Assembly (NCBI RefSeq): GCF_009914755.1
Contig: NC_060935.1
Length of the DNA: 64,000 nucleotides
Origin: the human T2T-CHM13v2.0 reference genome, Homo sapiens
Strand: one strand, 5' to 3'
Shown here: piece by piece, positions 1-15,089 of the stretch
Layout: each line of letters starts with the position of its first letter
Position numbering within the stretch: the first letter of the stretch is position 1
Program-made: the position numbers and the translations under genes
Notes under the pieces: generated by a model
Seen by the model: only the letters and a program-made list of their open reading frames with translations
Databases searched by the model: none
What the model was told of the DNA's origin: nothing

Positions 1-532
1 GAGATTTAGATTAATTTTTAAAAATCTTAAAGATACATTTGACTTCTCTCATTTTTTTTAAATAAACCATTTATTTTTTAGAATCACTAGAATAACAATG
101 TTTGCTCTGATGCAAAAGCTCTGGACCCGTTTAAAGATCTATGTTTGAGATTGAAAACTGGCAGCCTTTGAGTGAATTTGACTCTTAGATCTGTTTTCTT
201 TGGCCTGCACAGTATTGGTCAAACAGAATATTTACAAACATTGGATAAGCATTTCACTCATAGCAACCACTGACTGTAATTGAGTAGTGTCTACACCTTA
301 CAGACAAGAAATATGGTCTCCAGTTTGCCACAGTTCCCACTAGTCTCTATTGTTTACCCAGCAGTGAGGCCAAATGTTGGTTGCCATGTCACTGTGCTTG
401 TGCTTTTGTTTTTCTTATACATGGATCTCTCATTCACTACAGTCTGCTATTTTATGATAACAGACCAAATTTAAAAGATAAAAATGTTAAAAACATCCAC
501 TTTATCACTTGTTAACATGGTTATTTTCTTAG

Positions 533-682
<150 letters not shown>

Positions 683-910
683 TAGTTCTGTTGGGATATT
701 GCTATTATTCTAATTATTTGACTCAATAGATTTAGTTTTATGTTCTAAACAAGAACTTACTGGATTCCACAACTCAGATATTCTGATACCAGCTATCCAC
801 TTAAACAAATGGTATGTGACCAGAAATCCTCTTATCTCTGATGTAGTTGGCTGTCTGCGTTGTTTTAAGAGATCTCACAGTCATAACCAGATTATCTCTT
901 TTATAGCTTG

Positions 911-1273
911 CTGCTGTGGTCTGAATGTTTGTGTCCTCCAAAATAAATATGTTGAAATCTTAACCCCAAGGTGATGGTGTTAAGAGGTGAGGCCTTTTGG
1001 GAGGTTATTAGGTCATGAGGGGTTTGCCCTCATAAATGGGATTAATGTCCTTTTGCAAGAGACCTCAGAGAGCTAGCTCTCTAGCCTCTTCCACCATATG
1101 AGGATGCTGTGAGAAGGCACTATCTATGCAGAATGAGCCCTCACCAGACAGAATCTGCCACCACCTTAATCTTGGACTTCCCAGCCTCCAGAACTATGAG
1201 AAATAAATTTTTGTTGTTTATATGCTCCCCAGTTTATGATATTTTGTTATAGTAGTCCAAACAGACTAAGACA
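911..1273 (+). mobile_element. MaLR solo LTR (MLT1A-like)
   Basis: tgctgtggtctgaatgtttgtgtcctcc start; cccagcctccagaactatgagaaataaattt and gactaagaca end. Confidence 0.75.
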
Positions 1274-1430
1274 CTTGGCCATGCCTAAAATTTCGTATTT
1301 AATGTATTGCCTGACCAGGGTGACACATTAATATATGGTAGGATCTAGTTTATTAGAGTAATTAATTTATTCAGTGTTTTGAAATAGACTGGAATTTGGA
1401 GGAGTACAGAGTCATATAAGCAAACAGCTG

Positions 1431-1803
1431 GTATTAGTCCATTCTCACACTACTATGAAGAAATACCTGAGACTGGGTAATTTATAAAGAAAAAAGGTTT
1501 AGATGACTCACAGTTCCACATGGCTGGGAAGGCCTCAGGAAACTTACAATCATGGTGGAAGGGGAAGCAAACACATCCTTCTTCACAGGATGGCAGGAAG
1601 AGAGAAGTGCTGAGCAAAGGGGGAAAGCTTCTTATAAGACCATCAGATCTCGTGAGAACTCACTCACTATCATGAGAATAGCATGGGGTAACCACCCCCA
1701 TGATTCAATTACCTCCCACTGTGTCCCTCCCATGACACGTGGAGATTATGGGAACTACAATTCAAATGAGATTTGAGGGGGAACACAGCCAATGTACATC
1801 ACA
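1431..1803 (-). mobile_element. MaLR solo LTR (THE1/MST-like)
   Basis: gtattagtccattctcacact...gagactgggtaatttataaag...ccatcagatctcgtgagaactcactcactatcatgagaa motifs. Confidence 0.85.
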
Positions 1804-2494
1804 GTTCCTGCCAGGAAGAAGCGTGAGATTGTTTGAAGGGACAGGAGCTCTACTCAGTGAGTTACAAAACAATACAAAGCAAAATGTATGATTAAAGTTC
1901 TAATGAAAAATATAGATGAGAAGAATTGTGTAATTTAGGAGGAGGTAGAGGGATCATAAATGGAGGAAATAAAACATCAGCTAAGCCCAAAAGAGTGGGT
2001 TGATTTTAAAGAGGTAAGTAATGAGGAAGTATTATAGAGGCAGGCAATATGTTAGGAGCAAATAAAAATAATGATTGTCATTCATTGGAGATTTATTGTG
2101 TGTTAGTCTCTCATGTATCATTTCATCCAACACAAACAGTTCTGTGAGTTCCCTTTTATATAGGTTACAAAACAAATTCAGAGTGTTAAGTACCTTGCCT
2201 AAGCAAGTGACAGAGCTAGGATTTGAACCTAGACTTGTCCTATTAATCTCTATGCTATACTTCTGTAAGAAGCTCCTGAATTGGAAAATTGGGCTGTGTT
2301 CAGGGGATATACCATTATATTAGTTTTACTGAGTATAGATTATTTGTGGTGTGGACTGTTAAGAACCACGCTTGGATAGACTGGTTTTGTAAAGTGCCTC
2401 AGTAATATAATGAAGATTTTGGATTCATTTGTATAGAAAGAGAGTTTTTCCCCCCCTCCTCAACCCTGTGATTACCTGGAAAGAAAAGAGAGGT

Positions 2495-2806
2495 TTTGTT
2501 TTTGTTTTTGTTTTTTGAGACAGGGTCTTGCTCTGTCACCCTGGCTGGAGTGCAGTGCCCTGGTCATGACTCACTGCAGCATCAACCTCCTGGGCCCAAG
2601 TGATCCTCCCACCTCAGCCTCCCAAGTAACTGAGACCACCAACATGCATCACCTTGCCTGGCTAATTTTTTTTGTAGAGATGTCTGTGGGAGGGGGGGGT
2701 CTCCCTATGTTGCCTAGGCTGGTCTTGAACTCCTGGGCTCAAGTGGTCCTCCTGCCTTGGCCTCCCAAAATGCTGGGATTACAGGCATGAGCCACGGCAT
2801 CTGGCT
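2495..2806 (-). mobile_element. Alu (AluJ-like)
   Basis: Antisense dimer with T-tail. Confidence 0.9.
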
Positions 2807-2829
2807 GAGAAAAGAGAGTTTTTATATAC

Positions 2830-2860
2830 GTGTGTGTGTTTGTGTGTGTGTGTGTGTGTG
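2830..2860. repeat. (TG)n microsatellite
   Basis: Direct reading. Confidence 0.9.
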
Positions 2861-3787
2861 AATATGTTTGTATATATATTTACACGTACACATAAACATC
2901 CACATGGACCTTAACCGGGGAATGAGATAATGAAAACAGTATTTCAGGGAATTATTCTAGCAAAGTGTGTCCAGGATTATTAGGATGAAGGAAGAGTTAA
3001 GAAGATCAGTTAGAGATTTTTTGCTGTAATCACTAACCAGAGAGGGTAAAAATAGGTGGTGGCAGAGGGAAAGAAAGAAAATGAGCCAAGATATCTTGCA
3101 AAGCAAACATTGACAGAGCGTAGTGAAAATTCAAATTTTGAGTCAGAATAACAGATAATTATGATGGAATGAATAGGGAAATCTGAAAAGCAAGGAAGAT
3201 TGGGAGGAAAGATGTTGAGTTCAATTTGGCATACGTTGAGTTTAATGTGTCTGTAGGTCATCCAGGTAGAGAGGGCCCAGGCAGTTGAAAAGGGGGCTGG
3301 AGAAAAAGATTACAGGAATGGTAAAGTATAGAAGAGTCTCTAACTCCTGGGCTCGAGTGATCCTTCCACCTCAGCCTCCCAAAGTGCCAGGATTACAGGC
3401 ATGAGCAACCACTCCTGGCTGGGACTAATCATTCTTTGAAGCCAATTACTCTGGATATGGTATAACCCATATATAGAAACTAGGCCAATTGCAAATTCAG
3501 ATGGAACCTCTTTAGATGTAGTTAGAAACTTGATTTGGAGCTTAGAACTAGTCACTTTAATAATTAATTATTTTATTGAGTCCAAAACCCTGTTAACAAA
3601 GGATTCTGCTTTTGAATTAGTGAAAGTTTAATTTCAGTTTTATCAGGTTAGAATTAAAGAATTTAACTTAGCGGCAATTTATCTGTGCTCATGAAAGATG
3701 TGTCTTATAAATTATATATACATGCTCAAATCAGAATGTAAAATCAATATTATAAGTGTCTTCTAGGCAATGTTAAAACATTTTCTT

Positions 3788-4595
<808 letters not shown>

Positions 4596-4774
4596 AAACA
4601 TTTTCTTAGCATTAGCTGAGAATTTCTTATGTTTTGCCTGTAGCACATATGTAAGAACATACATAAGAATTTAGCTATAGATTAATAAATTGCTTGCCTT
4701 TGTATAATCTGCATCTGCATTTATGGTTTAACATCTATACTCATGTAAAGTCTTTCCTATTTCTCTATTTTTAG

Positions 4775-4909
<135 letters not shown>

Positions 4910-5769
4910 TAATATGTGCTAATGTGTGATAATATAGATGGAATAGCATTTGGTAGTCTAGTTATCTCTTCCTGACTTTTTAGATCTCTTAATATGACTT
5001 TGGGAAACTAATTTAATTTTTCTCTCTAGCTTTTCTATCTTTAAACATAGAAGCAATAATTCAGACAAGTCTTCTCTTCCCCCCCAAAAACCAATTCAGT
5101 ATTACAAAGTACTTGAGAGGTTTTGGGTTCTTCATGCCAGTTCAGAGTTTAACTGGTTAGATTACGAAGCTTCAAACGAATCTTAACCAGGTGATTGTAA
5201 ATCTTTATGAATTTTTGTGTGTCTACCTATGTGTTTGTTTTGAAACTCTTACTTCATATAGTGATTTAGAAAGTGATTTATTTCTTCAGAAATTTTGTTT
5301 ATTGCAATATTTAATTTTATTATGTAGTGGTTGTAATAAATAACGTAGAAGAAGAGAACTAAATATATTGAAGACATTGTGGTAAGAGTTGGTGTTTCTA
5401 TAGTTTGAGAAAGAGTGAAAACTTATTAAATATTTTTTATTAACTCTGTTTATATTCTCAATGATAGTATTTGATCATTCAATCTATCCCTTTCATTTTA
5501 TTGGTCAGGAATCTGTGACTGGTAAGATGACTAGTTAAGTTCGTTTTTAAAAACTATTTTATGTGACTCGTTCTTTTGAAAAGCCTGTTTTATAAAATTT
5601 TATTAGCTCATATATTCAAATTAGTGGTTGCAGTACATTTTTCTATTAAGTGTTTGCCTTCTTGTATTAAGAACAGCCTCCAATTCTTATTTACAGAATT
5701 AAGCTGCTAGGCTTAGTATTTCCCCTACAAAATGGGGAGAAACTAAGTCCTTGTGAATGTTACCTCTAG

Positions 5770-5940
<171 letters not shown>

Positions 5941-5982
5941 TGATGTAAACTTTTAAATGTTTGATCTTGTTTAAGAAATTTA

Positions 5983-6292
<310 letters not shown>

Positions 6293-6559
6293 GACATTGA
6301 AACCAATTGTTTTGTTAGTCCCTCACAAAACGAAGTAGTATATATGTTGACATGAATATTTTTTATCTTACATCACACCCATCTTATGTACCTTTCATTT
6401 GATTGATTTTTTTCTGGAACCATATCAGCAAAAGAGAAATTGGCAAAATTAAACATAGATTTGCTCTTCCTGCCAGCTCTTTCCTTCATCTGCTATCTAG
6501 TGTTTTTATTTTTTAACTTCACCTCTCTCTGCCCCATAGACAACTTATTTATTTTTAAA

Positions 6560-6856
6560 TTTTTTATTTTTTTTTTGAGATAGGGTCTTGCTCTGTTGCC
6601 CAGGCTGGAGTGCAGTGGTGTGCTCTCAGCTCACTGCAACCTCTGCCTTCCAGTTCAAGCGATTCTTATGCCTCAGCGTCCTTCGTAGCTGGGTTTCAGG
6701 CACCTGCCACCACGCCTGGCTACTTTTTGTATTTTTAGTAGAGATGGAGTTTCACCATGTTGGCTAGGCTGGTCTCGAACTCCTGGCCTAAGAGATCTGC
6801 CTGCCTTGGCTTCCCAAAGTGCTGGGATTGCAGGCAGGAGCCACCATGCCTGGCCC
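6560..6856 (-). mobile_element. Alu (AluS-like)
   Basis: Antisense dimer. Confidence 0.9.
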
Positions 6857-7426
6857 AACTTTTTTATTTTTTAAACACTACTGCATAAATGGAGGATACT
6901 AGTTAATTTGGGTTAATTTGCTACTTCAGTTGTCTAACCTACAGTAAAGTGGCCAGTGGAGACTTAGACTCCACCTTCTTTAAAAAGTGGTCTACAAATT
7001 CTAAAGGATAGATCACAGTGAGATTGGAGTGAAAATGATACTTAAATGATACCTTAAAGAAACAAACACACAAAGGGGAAGGGCAGAATAATATGAACAG
7101 GCCTGATCAAATCACTTTGCTATTTAGAACCTCCTTAGATCCCTGTGGAGCCTCTGATTCCTTGGCTTGGCATGCTGGACTTACATAATTTGGCACCTAC
7201 CTACCTGCATGGCCTCATCTTTCTATATCTTTACACTACTGTCCAGGATCATTTTGTTTTTTTCTGAAGGTCGTCTTTCAGTGTTCATTTAGTGAAGTCT
7301 TTTGGTATGAACTCTTTCAATTTTTGTGTATCTGAAAATTTATTTTGTTCTCATTCTTTTTACTTTGTATTTTGTAAGTTTTTTTTTTTAAAGTAAAATT
7401 TAAATTGAAGTCTCAAAAAACAAAAA

Positions 7427-7955
7427 GCCCCTCTCTCGGCGCTGCCTACGGAGGTGGCAGCCATCTCCTCCTCAGCATCATGGCCACCCTCAGACCCCTT
7501 GTGAAGCCCAGGATCATCAAAAAGAGAACTAAGAAGTTCTTCCGGCACCAGACTGACTGATATGTCAAAATTAAGTGTAACTGGCAGAAACCCAGAGGTA
7601 TTGACAACAGGGTTCGTAGAAGGTTCAAGGACCAATCTTGATGCCCAACATTGGTTGTGGGAGCGACAAAAAAAACAAAGCACATGCTGCCTACTGACTT
7701 CTGGAAGTTCCTGGTCCACAACATCAAGGAGCTGGAAGTGCTGCTGATGTGCAACAGATCTTACTGTGCTGAGATGTTTCCTCCAAGAACTGCAAAGCCA
7801 TCGTGGAAAGAGCTGCCCAGCTGTCCATCGGAGTCACACCAACCCCAACGCCAGGCTGCGCAGTGAAGAAAATGAATAGACAGCTCATGTGCATGTTTTG
7901 TGTTTAAATAAAACTGTAAAAACTGCAAAGAAAAACCAAAAAACAACAACAAAAA
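7427..7955 (+). pseudogene. Processed pseudogene of ribosomal protein L32 (RPL32)
   Basis: Pyrimidine-rich 5' leader; ATG 7480 ([26 protein letters not shown]); premature TGA 7558-7560 and later frameshifts; ancestral end ...RSEENE* at 7877-7879; AATAAA 7907-7912; A-rich tail 7927-7955. Confidence 0.93.
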
Positions 7956-8368
7956 ATTATTTTGTGTTAGGCTTCCTTCGCTTTTTCAGACTGCTTTCAA
8001 TTTCCATTTTCACATATGGTATTATTAGTTTTTTTTTTTAGTTTTAGTCTTTCTGATGGATGTATCTCATTGCAGTTTCAAATTTACATTTTTCCTGATG
8101 ACTAAAGATGTTGAACATCATTTCGTACGTTTAAAGGCTATTTGGTTTTTTTGTGTGTGTGATGTACTAGTTCAAATCTTTTGCCTATTGGCTGTTAGAG
8201 TGTGTCTTTTTCTTATTGAATCATAGGAGTTCTTTATATATTCTAGATACAAGCCCTTTGTCAGTTACGTTTATTACCAATATCTTTTCATGCAAATATC
8301 TTTCTAATCTTTCTACTTCATGGCTTGCTCTTTCATTCTTTGGTATTTTTTGATAAATGAGGTTTTAA

Positions 8369-8663
<295 letters not shown>

Positions 8664-9059
8664 AGAGGTTTTAATTTTAACGTAGTCCATTTTAATAATC
8701 TCTTCCTTTGTAGTTAGTCCTTTCTGTACTTTCCCTATTTTGTGATCATGAAGACATTCCTTTATGTTATCTGTTAGAAATTTTATTTATCTTTCATATT
8801 TATATTCCCAATCCTCCTAGAACTGACTTTTCCGTGTGTAATACAAGGTAGGGGTCAGTTTTATTTTTGTATTGTCCTTTATCAAATATACTTGATCATT
8901 TTTGTTGGTCTTGTCTGGTCATTAAAAAATCCAATTGTTTCTTTAAACATGTATGATTATTTTATTTATAACCAGGTAGAGTATTTATAATAATATAGAT
9001 GTTAAGAAAGAATGTGGCCTTAGGTCTAGACTGCTTGTGTTCAAATCGCTCTCATAAAA

Positions 9060-9730
9060 TTATTTTTTATTGATAAATGTACATATTTTTGGTGTACATG
9101 TGATAATTTGATACATTCATTTGTATCAAATTTGATAATGTATAAAGATCAAATCAAGGTAATTGGGGTAGCCATCCCTTAAATATTTCTTTTATACTAG
9201 GAACATTTGAATTATTTTTTTCTAGTTATTTTTAAATACACAATAGATTATGGTTAACTATAATCACCCTACTGATCTGTCAAACACTAGATCTTATTTC
9301 TTCTACTCAATTGTATATTTATACCCATTAATCAACTTCTGTTCTTGCTCTCTCCGTGCTACCCTTCTGGCCTTTGGTAATCGCCAATCAATCTACTCTC
9401 TATCTTCATGAGACCAGCGTATTTTAGCTCCCACATATGAATGAAAACATATAATATTTGTCTTTCTGTGCTTGACTTATTTTACTTAACATAATGACCT
9501 CCAATTCCATCCATCTTGTGGCACTGACAGTATTTCATTCATTTTTGTGTGAATTATATTTCGTTGTGAATATACATTACATTTTCTTTATCCATTCATC
9601 ACTGATGTGCACTTAGGTTGATTCCATATTTTGGCTATTGTGAATAGTGTGTTAATAAACATGAGAGTGCAGTTATCTCTTTGATACATTGTTTTTTTTT
9701 CTTGTGGATATATACCCAGTAGTGGAATTA
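9060..9730 (-). mobile_element. Old L1 (L1MA-type) 3' end, antisense
   Basis: Typical L1MA 3' UTR/ORF2-end motifs (gttgattccatattttggctattgtgaatagtg; atatacccagtagtgg). Boundaries approximate. Confidence 0.75.
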
Positions 9731-10183
9731 ACTTATAGTTTATTTAATATAAATATAGCTACTCTTTTTCTTTTTTTTTGCTTCTAGTTGCATGGAGTAT
9801 CTTTTAGTCTACGTGTGTTTCTATAGATGAAGTGGGTGTTTTGTAGGCAGCCTATAGTTGGGTCATGTTTCTTTATACTCTGTGCCTTTTAATTGGAGAG
9901 TTAAGTCCATCTACATTCAGTGTTGTTATTGGTAGGTGAAGACTTACAGCTGCCATTTTGTTGCTTGTTTTCTGGTTGTTTTGTAACTCCTACGTTCCTT
10001 TCTTCTTGTCTTTCTTTGTGGTTAAGTGATTTTTCTCTGGTAGTATGTTTTAATTTTTTGCTTTTTATTTTTTAGTAAATATAGGTTTTTGCATTGTAGT
10101 TACCATGAGTCTTACATTTTATAGATATAACAGATTATTTTAAAGAGATGACGACTTACCTTAGGTCACAAAGAAAGGAATAG

Positions 10184-10612
<429 letters not shown>

Positions 10613-10804
10613 TAGCTATTATTATTGTTGTTAGATTTGTCTTTTAGTCTCATACTGGAGTTATCACACACCACAGTTACATTATTGGAGTATTCTAGGG
10701 TTGTCCATGTTTTTAATTTCACCAGTGATTTTTATACCTTCAAATGTTTTCCATTTGCACATTAGTGTTTCTTCTTCCTGATTGAAGAAGTCCCTTTACC
10801 ATTT

Positions 10805-11097
10805 CTTTTTTTTTTTTTGAGACGGAGTCTCGCTGTCGCCCAGGCTGGAGTGCAGTGGCGCAATCTCGGCTCACTGCAGGCTCCACCCCCTGGGGTTCAC
10901 GCCATTCTCCTGCCTCAGCCTCCCGAGTAGCTGGGACTACAGGCGCCCGCCACCTCGCCCGGCTAATTTTTTGTATTTTTAGTAGAGACGGGGTTTCACC
11001 GTGTTAGCCAGGATGGTCTCGATCTCCTGACCTCGTGGTCCGCCCGCCTCGGCCTCCCAAAGTGCTGGGATTACAGGCGTGAGCCACCGCGCCCGGC
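10805..11097 (-). mobile_element. Young AluY (AluYk-like)
   Basis: CpG-rich, uninterrupted T-tail; perfect TSD CCCTTTACCATTTCTT at 10792-10807 and 11098-11113. Confidence 0.9.
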
Positions 11098-14000
11098 CCC
11101 TTTACCATTTCTTATAAGATGGTTCTGGTGATCGTAAATTGTCTCGGCTTTTGTTTGTCTGGGAAAGGCTTTCTGTCTTCTTTATTTATGTTTTGGTGTA
11201 AGGCATATTTTAAGCATATATCTTCAATATTATCCATCCAGGACCGAAGTAAGTTCTGATGCAGGAAATGAGTGAGTTTCACAGCTTTCTGAGCCACTAC
11301 TTGACCCAGGAAGCCCAGCTGGCCCCTCCTCTGAGTCCCCCCTCTAAAACAGGACACCCCAACTGCTGTTGGGAACTGGGCGGCAGTCATTCTGGCTACT
11401 TCCTGCTGGTTAGGGGCGAAGAAGGGGCCCTGCAGTTGTGGTGTCCTCCAGAGGGGATCTTTTTAGGCCAGTCGGAGACCAACAGGTCAATCTGGGGGTC
11501 CTCGGTAGAAGCTGTGAGTTGAGCTCATTTGAGGTTCCATTTGTAATACCATTTGTAGCTTGATGGCCTTGATCTTGGAGGAAACAAATTTGACAAGGAG
11601 GTTAAAAATGCAAGGCCCAAAGGCAAGTAATAGTAGGATGGCTGTCACAGGGCCTAGAAAGGGGAGGAGCCCAGGTATCTATTGGTTAAACATATTCCAG
11701 GGTACTGAATGTTCAAGCTCCTTTTTCCTCTCTTAAATGTCTAACAATATCTGTAGAGGACAACAAATTGGTAATTTGTTCCCTATATTCATGTAGATAA
11801 TAGCCCCAGCTTTGGCTAATATGTTCCTCCCTAATAAGGGTGTGGGACTTTTGGGCATAACAAGAAAGGCATGTGAAAAGAGCAAAGTCTCCTAATTGCA
11901 ACCGAGCAGGCGAGAGTAATACCAGGTTACAGGCTGTCCTAAGATTCGTCGGATAGTAACAGACTTTGAGGACAGTCATCCGAGGCAGGAGATTGAAACT
12001 GTGAAGGCTGTGCCAGTGTCCAGGAGGAAGTCCACTTCCTGGCCCTCAGTGGTCAAACTTACCTGGGGCTCTGTGAGGGTGATGGCATGAGCTGGCACTT
12101 GCCCTGGCCACCCTCAGGCCTGTTGCTGAATCATCTGGTTGGGTGCTTCTGGCCCAGAGGGCCTTTGTCCTCTGGGGCAGTGCGCCTTCCAGTGATTGCC
12201 TTGGCATATTGGACATGGGTGAGGAGGCGGTTTGTTTCTGGTTGGACAATCTTTAAGTATCCTTGCAAACTGCACTGATAACAAGCCCTACTAGGCAATT
12301 GGCCTGCTCCTCTTTTGGTTCCCTCTGAGCCACCAGGGTCTACCTGTCTGAGAGCCAAGACTAAGGCTGCAGCCTTTTTCTTATCTTGCTTTTCCCTTTT
12401 GGCCTGTTCCTCTTGGTCCCTGTTACAGAACACCGAGGTTGCCAGGTTTAGTAATGCCTCCAAATTTTCTTCTGGGCCTAAGGCAAACTTTTGGAGTTTT
12501 CTCCTAATGTCAGCCACTGATTGGGTGATACATTTATCCTTTAGAATAAGTTGGCCTTCCAGGGAATCTGGAGTTAGGGAGGTGTGCTTTCTTAGGGCCT
12601 CCCTTAGCTTTTCTAGAAAAGCAGAGGGGTTTTCCTCTTTCTTACTGTGTAATTGTGGATAACATTGCGTAGTTCATAGGTTTTTCCTAGTCTTCCTCAA
12701 CCCTTCTAAAATGCAAATTAGCAAATGCCTGTGGCTCTAATCTCCATGATTTGAGTCAGTACCCTAATGAGGGTCTACAGTGGGTACTGCCTGTTGCCCT
12801 GTGGGGAATTTTTCCTTTTCCTCCAGGGTCATTCGATCATTTACCTGGCTGAGATACCATAAATGTCCAAATTGCTGGGCTGCCGCTAAAGCTGCCTCAT
12901 TTTCAATAGGACTTAAGGTCTGATCAAGGAGCAACATGATGTCCTTCCATGCTAGATCAGAGGACTGCCCTAACCCTTGTAAAACATCTGTATAGTTATA
13001 GGGATCATCCGAGAATTTCCCTAAATCTGCCTTTATTTGTTTTAAATCTGAGAGTGAGAAGGGGGCATGCAAGTAAATGGGCCCAAATTCTCATCCTACT
13101 GTTTGTGAGGGACATAGTTTGGGTGCCTGGCTTGCAGAGTTTATGTTCTCTTTCTGGGGTGCCTTTAACACTTCGGTGGCGCTGGATGAAGGAGAGTCAG
13201 TGGGGGAGGAGAGTGGGGCTGAGGGAAGAGGCCCTCAGTACGGAGGTAATTGTGGGCCTCTGTCATTTGGGCAAAGCTTGCAGGCTTGGTACAAGGCAGT
13301 ATTGTCACGAAGGGCAAAGAAAGCCTGTACATAAGGGACTTCACTCCATTTACCTTCCTGTTTACAGAAAAGACTAGTTGTAGAAGGGTGTTATAATTAA
13401 TACTTCCCTCAGGGGGCCAAGTTTCTCCATTTTGTAAGGAATACTGTGGCCAGGCAGTGGTACAGAAGAAAATTAGCCGCTTCTTTTTTAAGGTTTCAGG
13501 GTCAAATTTGTCCCAGTAATTCAGGATACATCTTAAGGGAGTGTCTGGTTTTCAAGGTGTGGTGCTCATCCGGAATTTTAAACAGAGGGATGTCTGCACC
13601 TCTGGTTAGTCCTGGGACTCGTCTTCCCTAAAGGCATCCCCTAAGGGTCAGGTCCAGTTGTATTCAAAGCTCATGGCCGCTTTTCCTGAGTCTTCCATCT
13701 ACCGGATTTAACCATGCTTACCAGCGGGATGGAAACGTCCCTTGCCCCTGCCATGTGCCTGTTGACCACTAAGTGGGGCACAAGGACTGTTGAATTTATT
13801 GTGGTTCTTCTGCCAATGCGTCTTACCTATTCCAGGGTGGCAAGGCCTGGGTCGGGGGCACCACTGATGCTTGCATGCTAAGGACCAATTTATGTGGTCC
13901 TGGCCATAAAACTGTCCTTCAAGGAGAAATCTCTGAATTAGTGACAGGAGGCGTATAGTAAGTTTAAAGGGGGTGGTGGATGTCCTCTAGGCCAGGGCCA

Positions 14001-14912
14001 AGAGAACAGCTGCTGTACTTTAGCCTCTGTCCCCACTTGCCATCAAAGGAGTAAGCCCCTCTCTCAAGGCGGTACCAGTATCCTGTGTCCCAACTGACTA
14101 TATTTTCTTCCCTCCAACACCAGTTATTGAATGGTCGAAACAACAATTCAATGGCTTTAAGACCTGTGCCTATGCACCACAGATTGTACTTGAGAGGCCC
14201 CAAGGAAGGGGAAAGTTTATCTGGGGAGCAATGGAGGAAATGCCCTAAGACTTCTACTATCCACATGAAAATTACCTGTCTTTAAATTGTCCTGATGTGG
14301 GGGACCATACGCTATGGTAGGGAACTGGCCCTTCAAAATGGCCATCAAATGGTGACACTTGCCTAAACCCTGGAGGGCACCATGAACAGGGATCTTCCAG
14401 GTGCCACTCCAAGAATTCAAGACTTCTAAATAGGGAGTCTTGATCCTGCCTAGTGGGAATAACCTTGCTTGCAAGATGAGGAAAGAAGTCTAGCCGGCAG
14501 ACATTAGCATCCAGGAGGCAGGAGTCAGAAGATGTGGCTGTCTCATACTCAGTAACCCATGCAGGGGGAGCCTCTGGTGGGACCATTGTCTCAACCAGGA
14601 TATCTGGGAGACTAAGACGTCCGCTGAGCACTCCCAGGTGTATTTTGGGACCACCACGGAAAGTGAAAGAGTTGGAACTGGTTCCAGGCCAACTAAAGCT
14701 CCCAACCCCGAAGGGTCGGGGGTTGTTAGAGAGCCCTTTTCCAGACAGCCTGACACCTGTGTCTTTAGTCTGGCGGCTGTGCTAATTGCCTTTAAGTGGC
14801 TGACAGGTGCCCAGTTTAGCCTCTGAATTCTAAGGAAGGACAGGACAGAATAGCAAGTGAAAGAGGTCCGATTGTATTCACCACGTGACGATCTAGATGC
14901 CTTTCCTGGACA

Positions 14913-14930
14913 CTCCTGGCAGGCTCGCCA
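14913..14930 (-). other. Retroviral primer-binding site complementary to tRNA-Arg
   Basis: Minus strand reads TGGCGAGCCTGCCAGGAG, 17/18 match to the complement of the tRNA-Arg(ACG) 3' end, 3 nt after the LTR-terminal CA (14935-14934). Confidence 0.8.
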
Positions 14931-14933
14931 AAA

Positions 14934-15089
14934 TGTAATGCCTAAGGTTCTTACCTAGCCATGCCAAAGAATTGGTGTGGTGGCTGACCGCGGTGAGTCA
15001 CGGACTGATAGAAAAAGCTATAGGCTTTATTGAGCAGAGTGAAAGTACAAAGCTTCCACGGCATGGAAGGGGTCCCGAATGGGTAGCCC
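14934..15089 (-). mobile_element. 5' LTR remnant (R-U5 only) of the ERV
   Basis: Contains GGGACCCCTTCCA..GTGGAAGCTTTG R-region motif and AATAAA (15031-15026), ends in CA before the PBS; no U3 upstream. Confidence 0.75.

Larger units (their letters stand above)
11186..15089 (-). mobile_element. Class I endogenous retrovirus of the HERV-W/HERV9/HERV30 supergroup (HERV30/LTR30-like), internally deleted: R-U5, PBS, leader, gag, pro, env 3' end, PPT, partial U3
   Basis: gag peptides (PFSLSDLKQIKADLGKFSDDP; KEENPSAFLEKLREALRKHT; degenerate CYQC knuckle); protease FLLDTG at ~12030-12012; env TM tail (LLPFLGPVTAILLLLAFGPCIFNLLVKFVSS); PPT AGAGGGGGGAC 11345-11335; tRNA-Arg PBS. The exact family name is a best guess. 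Confidence 0.88.

Noticed and set aside
7335-7965. AAAATT(T)ATTTTGT as the TSD of the RPL32 retrocopy
   Set aside because: The left copy is imperfect and ~80 nt upstream of the mRNA-derived start, so it cannot be assigned confidently.
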